The notes beneath the pieces were generated by a model. It ran no database searches and was not told the origin of the DNA. It saw only the letters and a list, made by a program, of their open reading frames with translations. Shown piece by piece: positions 11,760-25,844 of a stretch of DNA of 64,000 nucleotides. Within the stretch, counting starts at the first letter, position 1. Every line of letters begins with the position of its first letter. The stretch comes from Eledone cirrhosa (lineage: Eukaryota): assembly GCA_964016885.1 (NCBI GenBank), contig OZ024743.1, positions 119,846,001-119,910,000 on the forward strand. Direction: 5' to 3'. The position numbers and the translations under genes were made by a program.

Positions 11760-12052
11760 TAGATTGATTGATTCATAGATAGATTAATAATTATGCAAAA
11801 TGTTTTTTTATGTGTGGCTGCGAGGAAGGTATTAGTCTATAACTAACCCGTCTGTAAACTGAATCAACCTGCTGTTTATTCAACCACTAACTAATATGAT
11901 GACCCGCCCTGACCGACGTCCAAAGTACTTTTTTCTTTCCACACACACGTTCCAACCACTTGCCGAAGAACGCCACCGAAGCTGTATATGAGAAATATAT
12001 ATAACAAAAGAAAGTGAGGGTCGGGGGTATAGAAGACGGAAGGGGGTGGAAG

Positions 12053-12293
12053 AGAAGAAGAAGAAGAAGAAGAAGAAGAAGAAGAAGAAGAAGAAGAAGA
12101 AGAAGAAGAAGAAGAAGAAGAAGAAGAAGAAGAAGAAGAAGAAGAAGAAGAAGAAGAAGAAGAAGAAGATGATGATTTTGATGATGCGGATGATAATGAT
12201 GATGTTTATGATGAAGGTAAAAAAGAGATGAATGGCAAATAATGATGATAATAATAATAATAACAACAAAAATAACACTAACAATGCTAATAC

Positions 12294-12378
<85 letters not shown>

Positions 12379-12521
12379 AGTGTGTGAGTGTATGTGTGTG
12401 TGTGTGAGTGTATGTGTGTGTGTGTGCGTGTGTGTGTGTATATATAAATGTATATGTGTATGTCTATATATATATGTATGTGTGCGTGAGTGTGAATGAA
12501 AGAACGGAAGAAGAAGAAGAA

Positions 12522-12552
<31 letters not shown>

Positions 12553-12680
12553 AAGAAGAAGAAGAAGATGATGATGATGATGATGGTGATCATGTTAATA
12601 GTGACATAGAAGGATTACTGCTGGTGGTGGTGGTGGTGGTGGTGGTGGGGATGGTAGTGGTGGTGGTGGAGGTGATGAAG
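12053..12680. repeat. Compound microsatellite block (AAG)n, (GAT)n, (TG)n, (GGT)n
   Basis: Directly visible. Confidence 0.95.
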
Positions 12681-13244
12681 AGGAAGAAAAAATTGAAATT
12701 AAGAAGACATTAGTGCCAGTGGTGAAGATGATGATGATGTAAATAAAGGAGATAGAGTGAGTACAGAGCAGGAGAGAGATGAAGAGGGAGAGAAAGAATG
12801 AAAGACACGTAGTTGTGCATGTATATGAGTCTGTGTGCTCGTGTGTGCGCGTGTGTGCGTGAGTGTGAATGAAGGAATGGGAAACTTAAAATTATCGTCA
12901 AACACCAGCTGAGAGATCAGTTTAAAGGGAGACAACTGATACAATATGAATTAAAACGACGCCAAGCATTGATGTGCGCGGTTTATTTGTTAATAAATAT
13001 ACTCAGCGTTATGTAATATTGTCATTGTTTGACCAAGGTAGAATGGTGCTTTGCGTTCTAATTTCTAATTTCACAGAGGTCAACTTTTCTTTCCATCCTT
13101 TTAGGGTCGATAAAATATAGTACACATCAAGTACGTTATGTTAACTTCAATCTCGATCAATATCTCACACCACATACATTATAATAGTTTTATTCAACAA
13201 TTTTCAATTAAATTATATAATGTTTGCAGAATTTTTTTTTTTTT

Positions 13245-13875
13245 TCAAATAACGAAACTAAGGAGTAGGGCAAAGCGAGCTGCAAATTTTCCATCCCAGT
13301 CTAGGTGGTATACCTTAACTGCGCCCCACGCGTAGGATGCACTCTTCCCAATTTTACAAAAGGAAACAGCAGTTCTGAAAACGAGGATATCCGAAGCCTC
13401 GACAACTTGCACTAAAAGAAAGTGGCAGGCCAAGTCCTAATATTTGGCTCCTCTGCATTACGGGTGGCAGTGCTTTGGTTTGTGAGCAAAATAACAAGGT
13501 TGGAAGTGGAGAACGTGGCGTCTCAGATTCCAGATTTATTAGAAGTTTATCCGGTCAAGGTAGTTGCGGTCGCATCAGATCTTCTCCTGATGATGTCGTT
13601 TAAGGTGGTATGCCAAAGGAATTGACCTTCACTGAGACAGCAAGAGAGCGAATGAAGTCCGCACTCACTCGTCGACCAAGGCTCCACAGCTGGGCCACTC
13701 CAATACGGGTGCCTTCATCATCAAGAAAGGTACCAGTTGGTGTTAATGAAGCGGACTACAAACTGAACAACGCGCCGCTGGCAGAATGGCGACAGATTAA
13801 GTGGTGTTGGTCCAATGAAGACTCGAACCGCATGAAAGTTGACCTGCATTTGATGTTGAAAGTGCTGCTGTCGAT
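13245..13875 (-). mobile_element. Degenerate CRE-like retrotransposon remnant
   Basis: Fragmented minus-strand frames give GTFLDDEGTRIGVAQ, HSLSC and HTTLNDIIRR, the zinc-finger region that precedes the RLE domain in CRE-like ORFs. Confidence 0.55.
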
Positions 13876-15197
13876 TTAATCTACTTTTCCCCATCGCACA
13901 AAATTGCTGGCCTTGAGCCTAAATTAGAAACCAATACCCACTGATCATTCTAGTCATGGCCATCACATCTTAAATTTATCATATTGCGTTTAGAGATAAA
14001 CTATACAATGTGTCCTTTCATTTTTTAAGATGCTGGGCGCAGTTTCGGGAAGTGGTAGGCTGTGCTTTGTTGTTTCTTAAAGGTTAAAGGACCACCTATC
14101 GTCTTCATCTTTTGATGGCGGTGTTGCTGCTAATGATGTGTCGTATTAATTGTAGGAAGAGGGACAGCTTAGATGGCTGTCATACGGCCCTGTTTAAACG
14201 TTTGGATGTCTTATTGGTCATTCTCTGGAACAACTGATCTGTGAATTATCACAACTAATTATTCGAACAAATATCTATGAGTTATCTATTGAGCATGGAC
14301 GTGGTCACTCGACCTGCAAGAAATAGTGACCAAATTCACCTCAATTCACACACTTACGCTCTTTTAAAAGAGACTCATTGAATGATGTAATCCAGAGTAC
14401 TCAATGTTGGAACATATATAGTCAAAGCTCGACTTAGTGATGACCAGGAAATCAATAACAACATTAACAACCAGCTACCAAGACTGACCATCAGTTAAAT
14501 AAAAGCAATGCACTCAGTTCTGTTAGAGAAGGTGTGAAAGTCTAGTAACGTCAGTAAAGCGGACACGGAGGAATAAAGTGAAATGAATGAAGAGAATGTT
14601 TAAGCAGGAGGTAAAATGGATGAAAGGAGTGAAGGGATGAATTACAACCAATGAACTGGGTAATCTAAAAGGAGGGTAGAAAAGAAGCAAAAAGAATGGA
14701 ATGAATAGGTAGAATGTAGAATGTAGAGAAAGTGTATCAATGAGGCAGACCTACCAACCTCTAAAACCCAAACGGGGAGTACCATGAAAAAACGTTTTCC
14801 CGAAACGGGGACAAATGAGGCAAAATTGGGAGATTTTACATAATGAAAACCATCCTCATTTTCACAAGAGAAGACATCTCTCACCCACCCGAAAGTGGGT
14901 GTGAGATCTCCCCGTCGGACGGGAAGAGTTGACAGGTATGATGAGGTAAAACGAATAAAGAAAATTTGTAAGAAGGATTTGGAAGAAGGCTGGAGAAAGT
15001 GTAAAGATGGAATGAAAGAAGGAAGGAAACGAGTTTAATAAAGTGACAAAAAATGTTGGAATGGGATTAAAGTAAAGAAGAAAACATAAAGATTGAGTAA
15101 AATACTGAAGGAAAGATTAGTGCTGTAGGTTTGGATCTATTTATTAATCTCAGATCAGCCCTTATTCAGCAGGTCTAGGACCAAATAAGCTTTAAAT

Positions 15198-15716
15198 CAG
15201 GGGTGTGCAACATATTCCATTGGCGGACCACTTTTGAACATTGGAACAACTATTAAGGCCATTAATTGTGTTTACTTTAGGCACAGGGCCAGCAATTACC
15301 CAGTGCATTACTGGTACTTTATTTTATCGACCCGGTAAGGATGAAAGGCAAAGTCAACCTCGGCGGGATTTGAACTCAGATCGTAAAGGGACGTAACTAT
15401 GCTGGAAAGCATGGCGTCCGACGCTCTACCGATACTGCCAATCCACCGCCCTTTAAGGCCATTAATATTTATTAAGCACTATTCTAAAGATTCACCACAA
15501 CTTCTTTCCATAACATGGAACTGGGAAATTATAACACACATAACCCTATCAGTGAAGCCCTTTAGTATAGGTCAACTAACAGAAAATTGTTTTACGGTTA
15601 CGAAAAAAATTCTAAATAAGCCTACAAGGTAAAAATTAAAAACGATCATCGCGGGCCACTCTCACTGGTCTGGCGAGCCGGATTGTGACCTGCAGGACGC
15701 TTGTTGCACGCCCCTG
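15198..15716. mobile_element. hAT-type MITE (Charlie-like) with a nested SINE
   Basis: TIRs caggggtgtgcaac / gttgcacgcccctg; 8-bp TSD ctttaaat at 15190-15197 and 15717-15724. Confidence 0.9.
15267..15452 (-). mobile_element. tRNA-derived Nin-domain-like SINE
   Basis: A box tggcagtatcgg, B box gagttcaaatcc, core gcctttcatccttaccgggtcgataaaa..gtaccagt; 14-bp TSD ttaaggccattaat at 15253 and 15453. Confidence 0.85.
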
Positions 15717-15959
15717 CTTTAAATCAAACAATCCAATTTTTCTTTTTGTATTTTCAGGCGGATTTATTTTCTTTCGGGCATTATATACCTCAGACTAGTA
15801 TTTTCAGACATTAGAGGATGATTTCAAGGACATTTAAATCTTTTTACTAGTTAGCTGATACCTGATACAGTGTAAGAAAATAAAAAAGAAATCAGTGAGG
15901 GACAATGTTCTGAGTTCGAATCTGAACCAGGTTGACTTTGCATAAATAAAATATGTAAA

Positions 15960-16360
15960 TGGCAGAAGCGGTTGAGCGTCGGACAACATTCATTATGGCA
16001 TAGGGTTTCGCCCCTTACGATCTGAGTTCAAATCCTGCCGATGTTAGCTTTACCTTTCATCCATACGAGGTCGATAAAATAAAGTACCAGTAATGTACTG
16101 GAGTCGATTTAATCGACTTTCCCCTCCTCCAATACTGTTAGCCTTGTGCCTAAATTAGAAACCAATATTATCGACTACTTTGAAATTGCTGGCCTATGCA
16201 GAATTATTTTTTCATCGTTTTTTTATCAGGCGGCAAAGTGGCAGTTGTTGCGGTGTTACATTAAATATCTCGATATTTGTTCCGGCGCTCTGAGTTCGAA
16301 ATCGCCTTCAGAATAATTTCGCCTTTCATCCTTTCGAGGTCGATAAATAAAATACATATT
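15960..16360 (+). mobile_element. Two diverged copies of the same SINE family
   Basis: ctgagttc(aaat/gaaa)...cctttcatcc..cgaggtcgataaa at about 16020-16090 and 16290-16350. Confidence 0.75.
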
Positions 16361-17449
16361 CACGGGTCGTGGATTAGCAATATTTCTAAAGTGTCAGAAG
16401 AATGATTGTGATATCTATTCTGGCTCTGTGCGTTCTGAGTTCAAAACTCACCCCCAATCCAAGGAAAAGTGATGAATTCTGCTAGGAGTTGCGCCAGGCA
16501 GATAGTATCAGTTATGTAAAGACCAAGAAAAACATACTTTCTTTGATCCAGTCAGACGATCCGCGTCTTTTTTATTTATTTTTTTTTAGTTTTTTATGTG
16601 ACCCCGATAAATACTTCATTTTTCATATTGAGAATGCACATTGAAAAGCAGCCCTTAATTTAAAAAAACTCACCTACAAAAAATAAAATTAAAATATTCT
16701 TGAATGCTGAGAGGTCAATGGCATTTACATGTGGAAAAGTGTGACCTTTATGCCCATTGTAACGTATTCAGCTTTTTAAAATAGTGCCATTTCGATAATA
16801 CAGCTTATTTAACATATAAAGTCATTGCTTTTGGCCGATTCAAAACATGGTCATTTATTTTGAATATATAAAGTCTAAGCTCTTTACTGGTGCAGTTAAA
16901 TTTTCTACAATAAAAGTAACGAAGTGGCAGGGAAACGTTTGCTGGAGTACTATTTTATTGAAATAGCGTTTACTATTGACCCATACAATATAATTCTATT
17001 CAGACATGATAAACCATATAGCAGATTTATTAATTGAAATGTTGATGAATTATAGCGCATAATATGCATGTTTAATAATTGACTATATAGTTAGGTAATT
17101 TGCATATTTAATCTGTAGCATAGCACAAGAAATCAGCATAGCCATTTGATCAGAATGCTACGTAGAAAAAGTGAGTTATTTCATTTACGTACATCAGTTA
17201 ACCGAAATAAATCATTTTTCGACTATCTCTACATACGCGGATGAAACTTTGGCTCAAAATACGCAGTAATCATAAATTTGTTGTATTTCTAAACTGAAAA
17301 CCAAAAGAATATGTGTGATACCTGATATTTTTTAGTCAATTTATGTTATAAGTTTTGTACATGTTCATTATATTTGAAATGTTGGTGTATTCTACCCGGC
17401 TGTAGTAAAGAGAGGAAAAGAAATGGTTGAGTGAAAAGGAGACAAAATT

Positions 17450-18150
17450 GTACTCCTTGACAGCAGCATACAATCATTCATGCGTAAATAGATCAGTTGG
17501 AAAGGACAGACCTATTTTATTCAATGATTGACATTGATATTTATTAACTGTCATTACGAAGGCTACTCGAACTGGTTGTTGTAACCGTGTAAGGATGAAT
17601 GGCAGATTAATGTCAAAAGGGCTCGGTTTAACTCTCGTCATAATGAGATGCTTTCCAAACTTTTCACCTTCTGTTACAATGTCACCTTCAATAACGTGTT
17701 CAAATATATGGGTTATTGAACTTCTTATTCCATTACAAAGCCCATTAACCGTATTTAAATTTCGCAATAACATTAGAACATGTCCCTTTTCCAAGTTCAA
17801 GGGTTAGAGCTGGGTATTTCTGCTAAGTTACAGTCGCTTAGAAACTCCATTGGATAATTGTACAAATGGTCTTCAAGAATCAATCCTGTGCATGATTGTT
17901 TCTCTATAAAATATGTTGATAACCTTTTCATTTATAGATGCAACAACATCATTAGAAGAGGGTAGTTTTGCCCGATCTGTGTTGAGTGCTGAATCCTGTG
18001 GGCATGCTTTATCATTTTACATGTGCTCAATAAAACGGTTTCGAAGCACAATCTTGTCATGAGATTCCAGATATGTTCTCAATTTACCAACACAAAGCAG
18101 AGAATTTACCAAGTAACATTTCCTTTGATTCTGGCATTGTTTATTCATGG
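17450..18150 (-). pseudogene. Helitron PIF1-like helicase remnant
   Basis: ORF 17474-17800, LMLLRNLNTVNGLCNG..RLQQPVRVAFVMTVNKYQCQSL..FTH; upstream frame YPMEFL. Confidence 0.85.
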
Positions 18151-18516
18151 CAACTTTCTTCTGAAATGAAAAATAGGTCATATGTATATTCACAATAGAA
18201 AGTCTGTCGGATTTTGTATCTATAATATATGTGTAAGTGTGTGTTTGAGTGTATCTATATATGTGGATGGAGGGTTGCCTTAATCTATCATCCTATTTAA
18301 CACAACCAACAGAACCTTGGTTGAGTTAGCTTTGTCCAAGCGCTTTAAAGCATTCGGTATAGGTTTACCATTTGAGAGTACTGTCCTAGCGTCCTCATAC
18401 CAATCTTGTTCGCTCTGTAACATATCGTGGGTACTGTCATTTTCTTCATAGGGAAACAGTATAAATACATAGCAACATATAGTAATTTGTGTATGTATGT
18501 TTGTATGTATGTAAGT

Positions 18517-19128
18517 ATGTCAGGTCACCAGTTGGTGCTACTGGTAACATGTATCCCAGTACAACCTGTCTCATGGTCGGGTCGTTGGCGACTAAACTGG
18601 CAACCCCACCAAGGTTTCTTGGTGAGGAGGGTGACTTTGGACATCCTGCAGGACTAAAAACAAAACCTGTCAAAGGCCAAAAGAGCTCTTAAGAATCAAT
18701 GGCCATCCAAAATCACCGGGAGAGATGACCCCTTAGCCTTTGTCAAGGCAGAATTCTAGGAGAAGGAAAACTCTGATATAACACCTGCAACCCTGATGGT
18801 ATCCAATGATGTTGACTTGTTCTTCTTTTTGGTAAATATCATCTTGGTTAAGAGAGTGGGACTGGCTTTGTGCAGTGCCTTTGTTCACTATAAAAGCTTC
18901 ACGGCACAGGCATTGCTTTATATCTGGAGATCTCTCTGCACTTGTCGTCACATGGTACCATGGGCCCAGCACTATGTGTCAATAATTGTCACAGGTGTAG
19001 TGTTCGTACCAGAATTTTCAAGTCGCTGGCTGGACTAAAAAGTCACACTCATTCAGCGCATCGGTAGGGGTTCTCCTACATGGATATAAAGTAGTGGCCG
19101 TACTCGAAAACGAGTTGGCAGCCACCAT
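18517..19128 (+). mobile_element. Bipartite RTE-derived retroposon, subfamily B, copy 2
   Basis: Reverse complement of 5957-6568, same 612-bp length, (TATG)n-like flanks. Confidence 0.85.
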
Positions 19129-19230
19129 GTAAGTATGTATGTATGTATTTTGAATTCATTTACGTATGAATGTATATACATATATATGTGAGTGTGTTCA
19201 AATATGTGTGTATGTAAGTATGTATGTATG

Positions 19231-19261
<31 letters not shown>

Positions 19262-20269
19262 GTATGTATGTATGTATGTATGTATGTATGTATGTATGTA
19301 TGTATGTATGTATGTATGCACGCATGCATGTGTGTGTGTATATATGTATGTATGATGTATTTTTCGATACACTCCCGCCCCCAACCTTTATCATGTCTTT
19401 TAACTTCGCTGCCGCTTCTCGTGAAATCCATTCTATGATACTGATTATACATATATACATATGTATATATCACTGTATACATACATGCAAACATACATAC
19501 ATGCATACATACATACATACATACATACATACATACATACATACATACATACATACATACATACATACATACATACATACGTACATTTATACGTGTACGT
19601 ATGTGCGTACATATATACGCGGGTGTTGTGTGCATATATGTATGTATGTTTCTATGCATGTTTGTATATATGTATATATATATATGTATGTATGTACGTA
19701 CGTATGTATGTAGGTATGTATGTACGTACGTACGTATGTATGTATGTACAATAATACACAAATGATACACAAATAAACACATACAGAAACACAACTGAAG
19801 AATCGAAAGAGAAAAACTGAATTTAAAAAAAAAATGGCTAAATGTATTTTTGTCATACGTTTAGAGGGAGGTGTTTGTTATTGGTCTACTGTCACTCTGA
19901 ATCACACACTTTTGCTACGGACAGTTATTTTTATGGATCAATAAAGTGAAATAAATTATTTCTTTAAAAACAAAATAATGTTAAAAAATTGAGATTAGAG
20001 ACATCATTTTTTTTACTCATGGTTGCATTGTTTAAACCACATGCTTACACACAAACAAGAAATATTGGGCGTGTGCGTGAACGCAAATGTTCATCACCAT
20101 TATTTATAATGACAACAACAGTATCATTGTCATCGTCATCGTCATCCTCTCTTACTCCGCTCCTACATCATACAGTTATACACTATCACAGTAATAACCA
20201 ATTACACGTATATACACTCAAATATTTAAATGTATATCTTTACATTCATCTGCAAATATGTATACGACA

Positions 20270-20725
20270 TTCTTCGAGCCCACAATGTTGATCGTACTTC
20301 AGTCCTCATACCGTTACTCGCTCCACTGTTGACCCTTTTGCCGTTCCTCACACTTTGTATCCTAACAACTTACCTCCCCAACAGTCATTTCTACCTACGT
20401 ACTTCCCTCCATATTCCTTGAACGTCAACTCTTCTCCTTTAAGCGGGCTCCTAACCTATGTGATCTCTTAGTCCGCATCTCTTCTACTCTACCTTATAGC
20501 CAACCTGGATCCTATTCTTGCTCCCGAACCCGTTACAACACTTGCCCATACATCCACAACACTAAAAGTACCATGTACTATATTAAATGCATTTTCTGTG
20601 GTTTCATATACATTGGAAAGACCAACCTTAGTTTAGCAGGGCGTTTTACAGAAAGTCTACGATTAAATAACACCACATTACCTATTGCACGTTATTGCAA
20701 CTCACCGGCCTCACATTATTGCCAT
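20270..20725 (+). mobile_element. Degenerate Penelope-like remnant (RT-EN linker and GIY-YIG)
   Basis: SFKRAPNLCDLLVR, CSRTRYNTCPYI and YYIKCIFCGFIYIGKT..L..RF.E across frames. Confidence 0.65.
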
Positions 20726-20729
20726 CTTT

Positions 20730-20908
20730 GGGAGTATCGTAGAGGGTCGGACGCCATGCTTTCCAGCATAGTTACGTCCCTTTATGATCTGAGTTCAAAT
20801 CCCGCCGAGGTTGACTTTGCCTTTCATCCTTACGGGGTCGATAAAATAAAGTACCAGTAATGCACTGGGTTATTGCTGGCCTTGTGCCTAAAGTAAGAAA
20901 CAATTATT
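20730..20908 (+). mobile_element. tRNA-derived Nin-domain-like SINE
   Basis: Near-identical to 51688-51875. Confidence 0.85.
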
Positions 20909-21244
20909 GCCATCTCGGTCTATGGTATTCTTTCTCACCATACTATCTCTGCTTCTTCTCGCTATCACAAGGAACAAAGTATCATTTTCCACCTCGTTTC
21001 CTCTGTTTCTCCTTCTTTAAACAGTGTAGCGACGTTTACTTACCTTCACCTAATTGCCCTTTCATCTCCAGAACTCTGCCACACACATTCATTTAACGCT
21101 CTTTCTATCCCCAAACTCCTACAATAATCCAGTTCACCCCTGCCACTCCCACTTCAAATAGAAGGCTTCGCAGTAACATTTGACTAAATAAAATAGTCTA
21201 ATAACGGGACATATAAACCCACTGCACGGAAAAAGGTGGATTTC

Positions 21245-21314
21245 AGCACACATGGGAATCGAACTCACACCTCTTGTTTGCCGAACAAATACAGTACCCT
21301 TGCGCCAATGAATC
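21245..21314 (-). pseudogene. tRNA-like sequence (pseudo-tRNA or SINE head, GGC at the anticodon position)
   Basis: Minus strand: A box tggcgcaaggg, arm ttgt-tcggcaa-acaa, B box gagttcgattcc; acceptor stem does not pair. Confidence 0.5.
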
Positions 21315-21405
21315 CACCCATTTCATTCCATTATCTAATATTATATATATATATACACACACACATATGTACATACATATATAATATATACATATATATA
21401 TATAT

Positions 21406-21448
<43 letters not shown>

Positions 21449-21468
21449 TATATATATATATTATAAAT

Positions 21469-21562
<94 letters not shown>

Positions 21563-21570
21563 AGGAGAAG

Positions 21571-21618
<48 letters not shown>

Positions 21619-22188
21619 GGAGGGAGAGAGAGAGAGGAGACGCACATATCACCACATATATTACTAACATATCTTCACATATGTATATACCGTGTCTGTC
21701 TGTGTACGTTTATATACATCCATATGTACATGCAGACATAATATATACAAATAACTATGATATATTCTTCATTTCAGTAATAAATCTTCTAGTCTTTGCT
21801 ATATTTGTTTTGGTTGTTTGTTTGTCTGTGTTATTGATGCTAAAAAATATATGGCAATGCGGCTCCCCATCGGTACCTAAATCATGCACCCCTACCTATA
21901 ACAAGCATATTAATCTAGTTATGACTAAGTACGAGAGAAAAGAATTTGTGCGAAGATATTTCTAATTTTTTCCACGTCTTTCATCCTTTCCTTTCAATTT
22001 TCATTTTAATTTCGGGGTTTTTTTTTCTTTTACATTTCCGAGAAAAATACGCAAAACCTTAACTAAGTATGACTCGTAAAATGCCATATGAGTATATCTG
22101 TGTGTGTATGTATATGATTGCATGTGCGTGTATGTGAGTATGTCTGTCTGTAAGTGTGCGTGTCTGCGCGCTTCTCTCTCTCTCTTTC

Positions 22189-22232
<44 letters not shown>

Positions 22233-22285
22233 TCTCTCTCTTTCTCTCTCTTTCTCTTTTTCTCTCTCTCTCTCTCTCTTTTCTC

Positions 22286-22358
<73 letters not shown>

Positions 22359-22789
22359 CTCTGTGTGTACGTATGTATATATGTGTGCACGTGCTCGTGT
22401 GTTTGTGTGAGTACACTTCCGTATGAAGAGAGACAGAAACTGAGATATCATTAGAAAATGGCATATATATTGGAAACCTAAAATAATATTTATTTCTCGA
22501 TGAGATCATGTAAACATGTAATTTTTTTAGCGTTTGTGAGTGTATGTTTGTTTATGTCTGTGTGTATTTATGTCTTTGTGTATCTCTGTGAATCTGTGGA
22601 TTTTCGTCAGAATATACGCTACCACATGTATATCAATATTATATGTAGATATTTAGAAAAATTGGTATGAATACGTTGATTTTTTACGCCACGTTATATA
22701 ACGTATGAATATAAGTATAGATGCATATATCATATATTTTAATGTTAATAATTCATACCTTAACATACACACAAGCTCATATATATATG

Positions 22790-22914
<125 letters not shown>

Positions 22915-22972
22915 GTACATGCGTTTGTATATGTGTTAGTGTATAAAAATTATATATATATAATCTTTATTC

Positions 22973-23024
<52 letters not shown>

Positions 23025-23512
23025 TGCACAAGAGGTACGTGTAAGGCTACCGGCATATCACAATGATTTCATAACTGCACCAATGATTGCGTAAGCAACT
23101 GATGATGTCACATGAAAAACCATGTAAAAGAAATATATATATAATGCTTTCTTTATTTATAATGCAATAAAAAATTATGGTTATTTAATATAAACACGCG
23201 CTCATATGTGTGGGAATGTGTGTGTGTGTGTGTGTCTGTGTATGTGTGTGCATGTGTATACGTGTATGCGTGCGTGTTCGGGAGCAATTATATATTTAAA
23301 TAAACTGAGAAATAATACAACCAATACTAGTAAGTATTAAAGTAAACATCTAGTTAAGTAAGTAAACATTTCGTATGCTTCCTATATTCATTGTTTGAGG
23401 AAAGGCAAATTTGAAATGATTGTGGTTATTGTTGTAACATCCAGCACTCTAGCCAGTGACTGTATTTTATGTGAGGAAAGATGCAGTCTTGTATGTTTTA
23501 AATCATTTATCT

Positions 23513-23550
<38 letters not shown>

Positions 23551-24953
23551 GTAAGTGTGTGTGTGAGTAAATGTGTGTGTGTGCACGAGCGCGTATGTTT
23601 TCTCTGTGTGTATAGGCAAAGATTTCCCCTTCCTTAGTTAAGTGATCTAGCGGAGCCTATCCAAGTGTAGGTTATAACTCCTGGATAGCCTTCCCAGAAA
23701 ATAATGTAGCTGGTTGAAGCTCTTGTGAGTTGTGCTACGCCAGACATATAAGTTTCCTGTAGGCCGGTATAGTAGTACAACCTCAGGCCAGTTAGTCTGT
23801 TTTCGGTCTAATAATGTGTGAATACTCCATGTAGTCATATATATAGTAAACAAGCAGTTGTTGTTTATACTGCAAAGATTAGGTTAGTCACCAGCTATGG
23901 TGAACTAGTCAGCATAAGTTTGGAATAAACAATATTTCGACCACATTTTTTAGGTCTATCCTCCATGTTAACTTCCAAATGGTTGGTCGCAGACCATGGC
24001 AGCTGTCGGGGCACGTTATCACTCCAGTTCAGCAAGGCATCGACCATCACACCATAGCCTTTTAGAGCTGTATTGAGGCTATCAACTATTTTTTAACCAT
24101 ATTCGTTGCCGTTTTTTAACCATACCCGAGAAAATCTAGCACTAGCTTTGTTTGAGACATTTCTGTCTTTGCGCTGAAACAGATGCAGAGACCTAACCAT
24201 CAGCGGTGAGACATACAGCCTATCGAAGACATATCAAAGAGCTCCATTGATGGCCACAGTGATTGCTAAAGCACCTGTCGCATGGCATTGCTGCTCCACC
24301 CATAAGGCTCGTTTGGCTAGTGATCTGAGGCAGTGTTGATAGTAAAACAATTACATTGAGAAATTATAATTTTAACCAAGTAAAAACTCACAAAAACTGT
24401 TTGTTTCACCTTTCCTCTTTATTCCTTAATGCTAAAGTCTTCTATGAAATGTGATATTTTTTACGCTTTCCTACGACATGATCTCCGACAAAATACCACT
24501 GCATCTGTTGAAAATCAGTTACTGCCGATATTTTATAAGCTTCGACAGCGTTCCTGCTGGCTTGCTTTTTTTTTCTAACTGCGTTCATTTTTCGTTCTTC
24601 TGAACATTGGACCAGAATAACCTAGGTGTCATATGTCATATAAGAGCAGAAATCGTCACTCTAATTTTCACAAGCACAGGTTTGTTTACGTAATACATTA
24701 ATTGATAAGTATTTATGCTAGAATATAGAATATATTTGAAGATTTTAAGTAAATGTAATAAAGATCTAACTACCGTTATACAATGATGTGTGAAGTGTAA
24801 CTATTTTCAAATGTTGTTTGAACATCCTCTGATAAAGAGACGAAGGTTTCTGAAAGGCATAATTTTAGCTATGTTCTTCTGTGTGTGTATCAATAACTGT
24901 AAGTCTTTATACTTCACGGCAAAGGTTTCTAATAAAAAAACAAAACTTTAGTT

Positions 24954-24999
<46 letters not shown>

Positions 25000-25518
25000 T
25001 TAGTATATATGTATGTATATAATCAATAAACTTCGGTGTATGTAAGCGATATTAAGCGCTCCACCTCGGTTGTATGTATTCAAAAATGGTATGGCATCAC
25101 ATATTGTTATACGAAAGAATGTTTAGGCTGAGTTGTCTTATTATATAACAGGACGCGATGGACATGCATCAGTAAATACGTTGACATTACCATGGCTTAA
25201 CTATCTGATCTTGGTAAGTCTCCTGCAGAATCATGTTCTGTAACTTTCAAAGAGGGAATTTTTGAAACTGGTTCTACAATTTCAACATGTGACAGATACA
25301 TCAGAAGAAGAGTTTTAAAAATGGTGCAAGCCAAAAATTAACAACAAAACATATTCAGAGTATACTTTCTGAAATACGCCAACATTTTGATAAACTGTGT
25401 GATTATGATCCATATATGAACTGTAATTATGGCATTCCAAGATTTTGTCAACATCATAATTAAGCCATAGGAAACGAAATCCATATTCCAGTAGCTGTCC
25501 AAATATAGATAAATAGAT

Positions 25519-25605
<87 letters not shown>

Positions 25606-25844
25606 TATTTCTTTATTAGCCACAGGGGCACAAAAGAAGGGGACAAATACAAAGGGGGAAGTTTACATACAATAAAAACGTGTAAAATGTTATCACAGAT
25701 GGAATTTAAAAGTTAGTCGATTTTCCCCAATAGAGGGAGACAGTTTATATGGGTAACACAGACCCCCGAAAAAAATGTGCAACCCTCATCTCCAGGAGTA
25801 CGAAGAGCTTGTACTCCTTTCCTCTCCTCCTCCTTTTCCTCAAC

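Noticed and set aside
18517-18640. Twister-like (TAAC..GTCCCA..GGAGGG) or HDV-like ribozyme at the retroposon 5' end
   Set aside because: Lacks the twister AAGCC loop with adjacent P1, and leaves no room for the HDV P1' strand; kept only as an unassigned structure
23095-23130. CTGATGA-tgtcacat-GAAA
   Set aside because: No stem I or stem III pairing
23912-23985. gacc/ggtc-GAAA with flanking stem on minus
   Set aside because: CUGANGA core not recognisable
24000-25500. Possible transposase or host exon remnants
   Set aside because: No motif or open frame I could support
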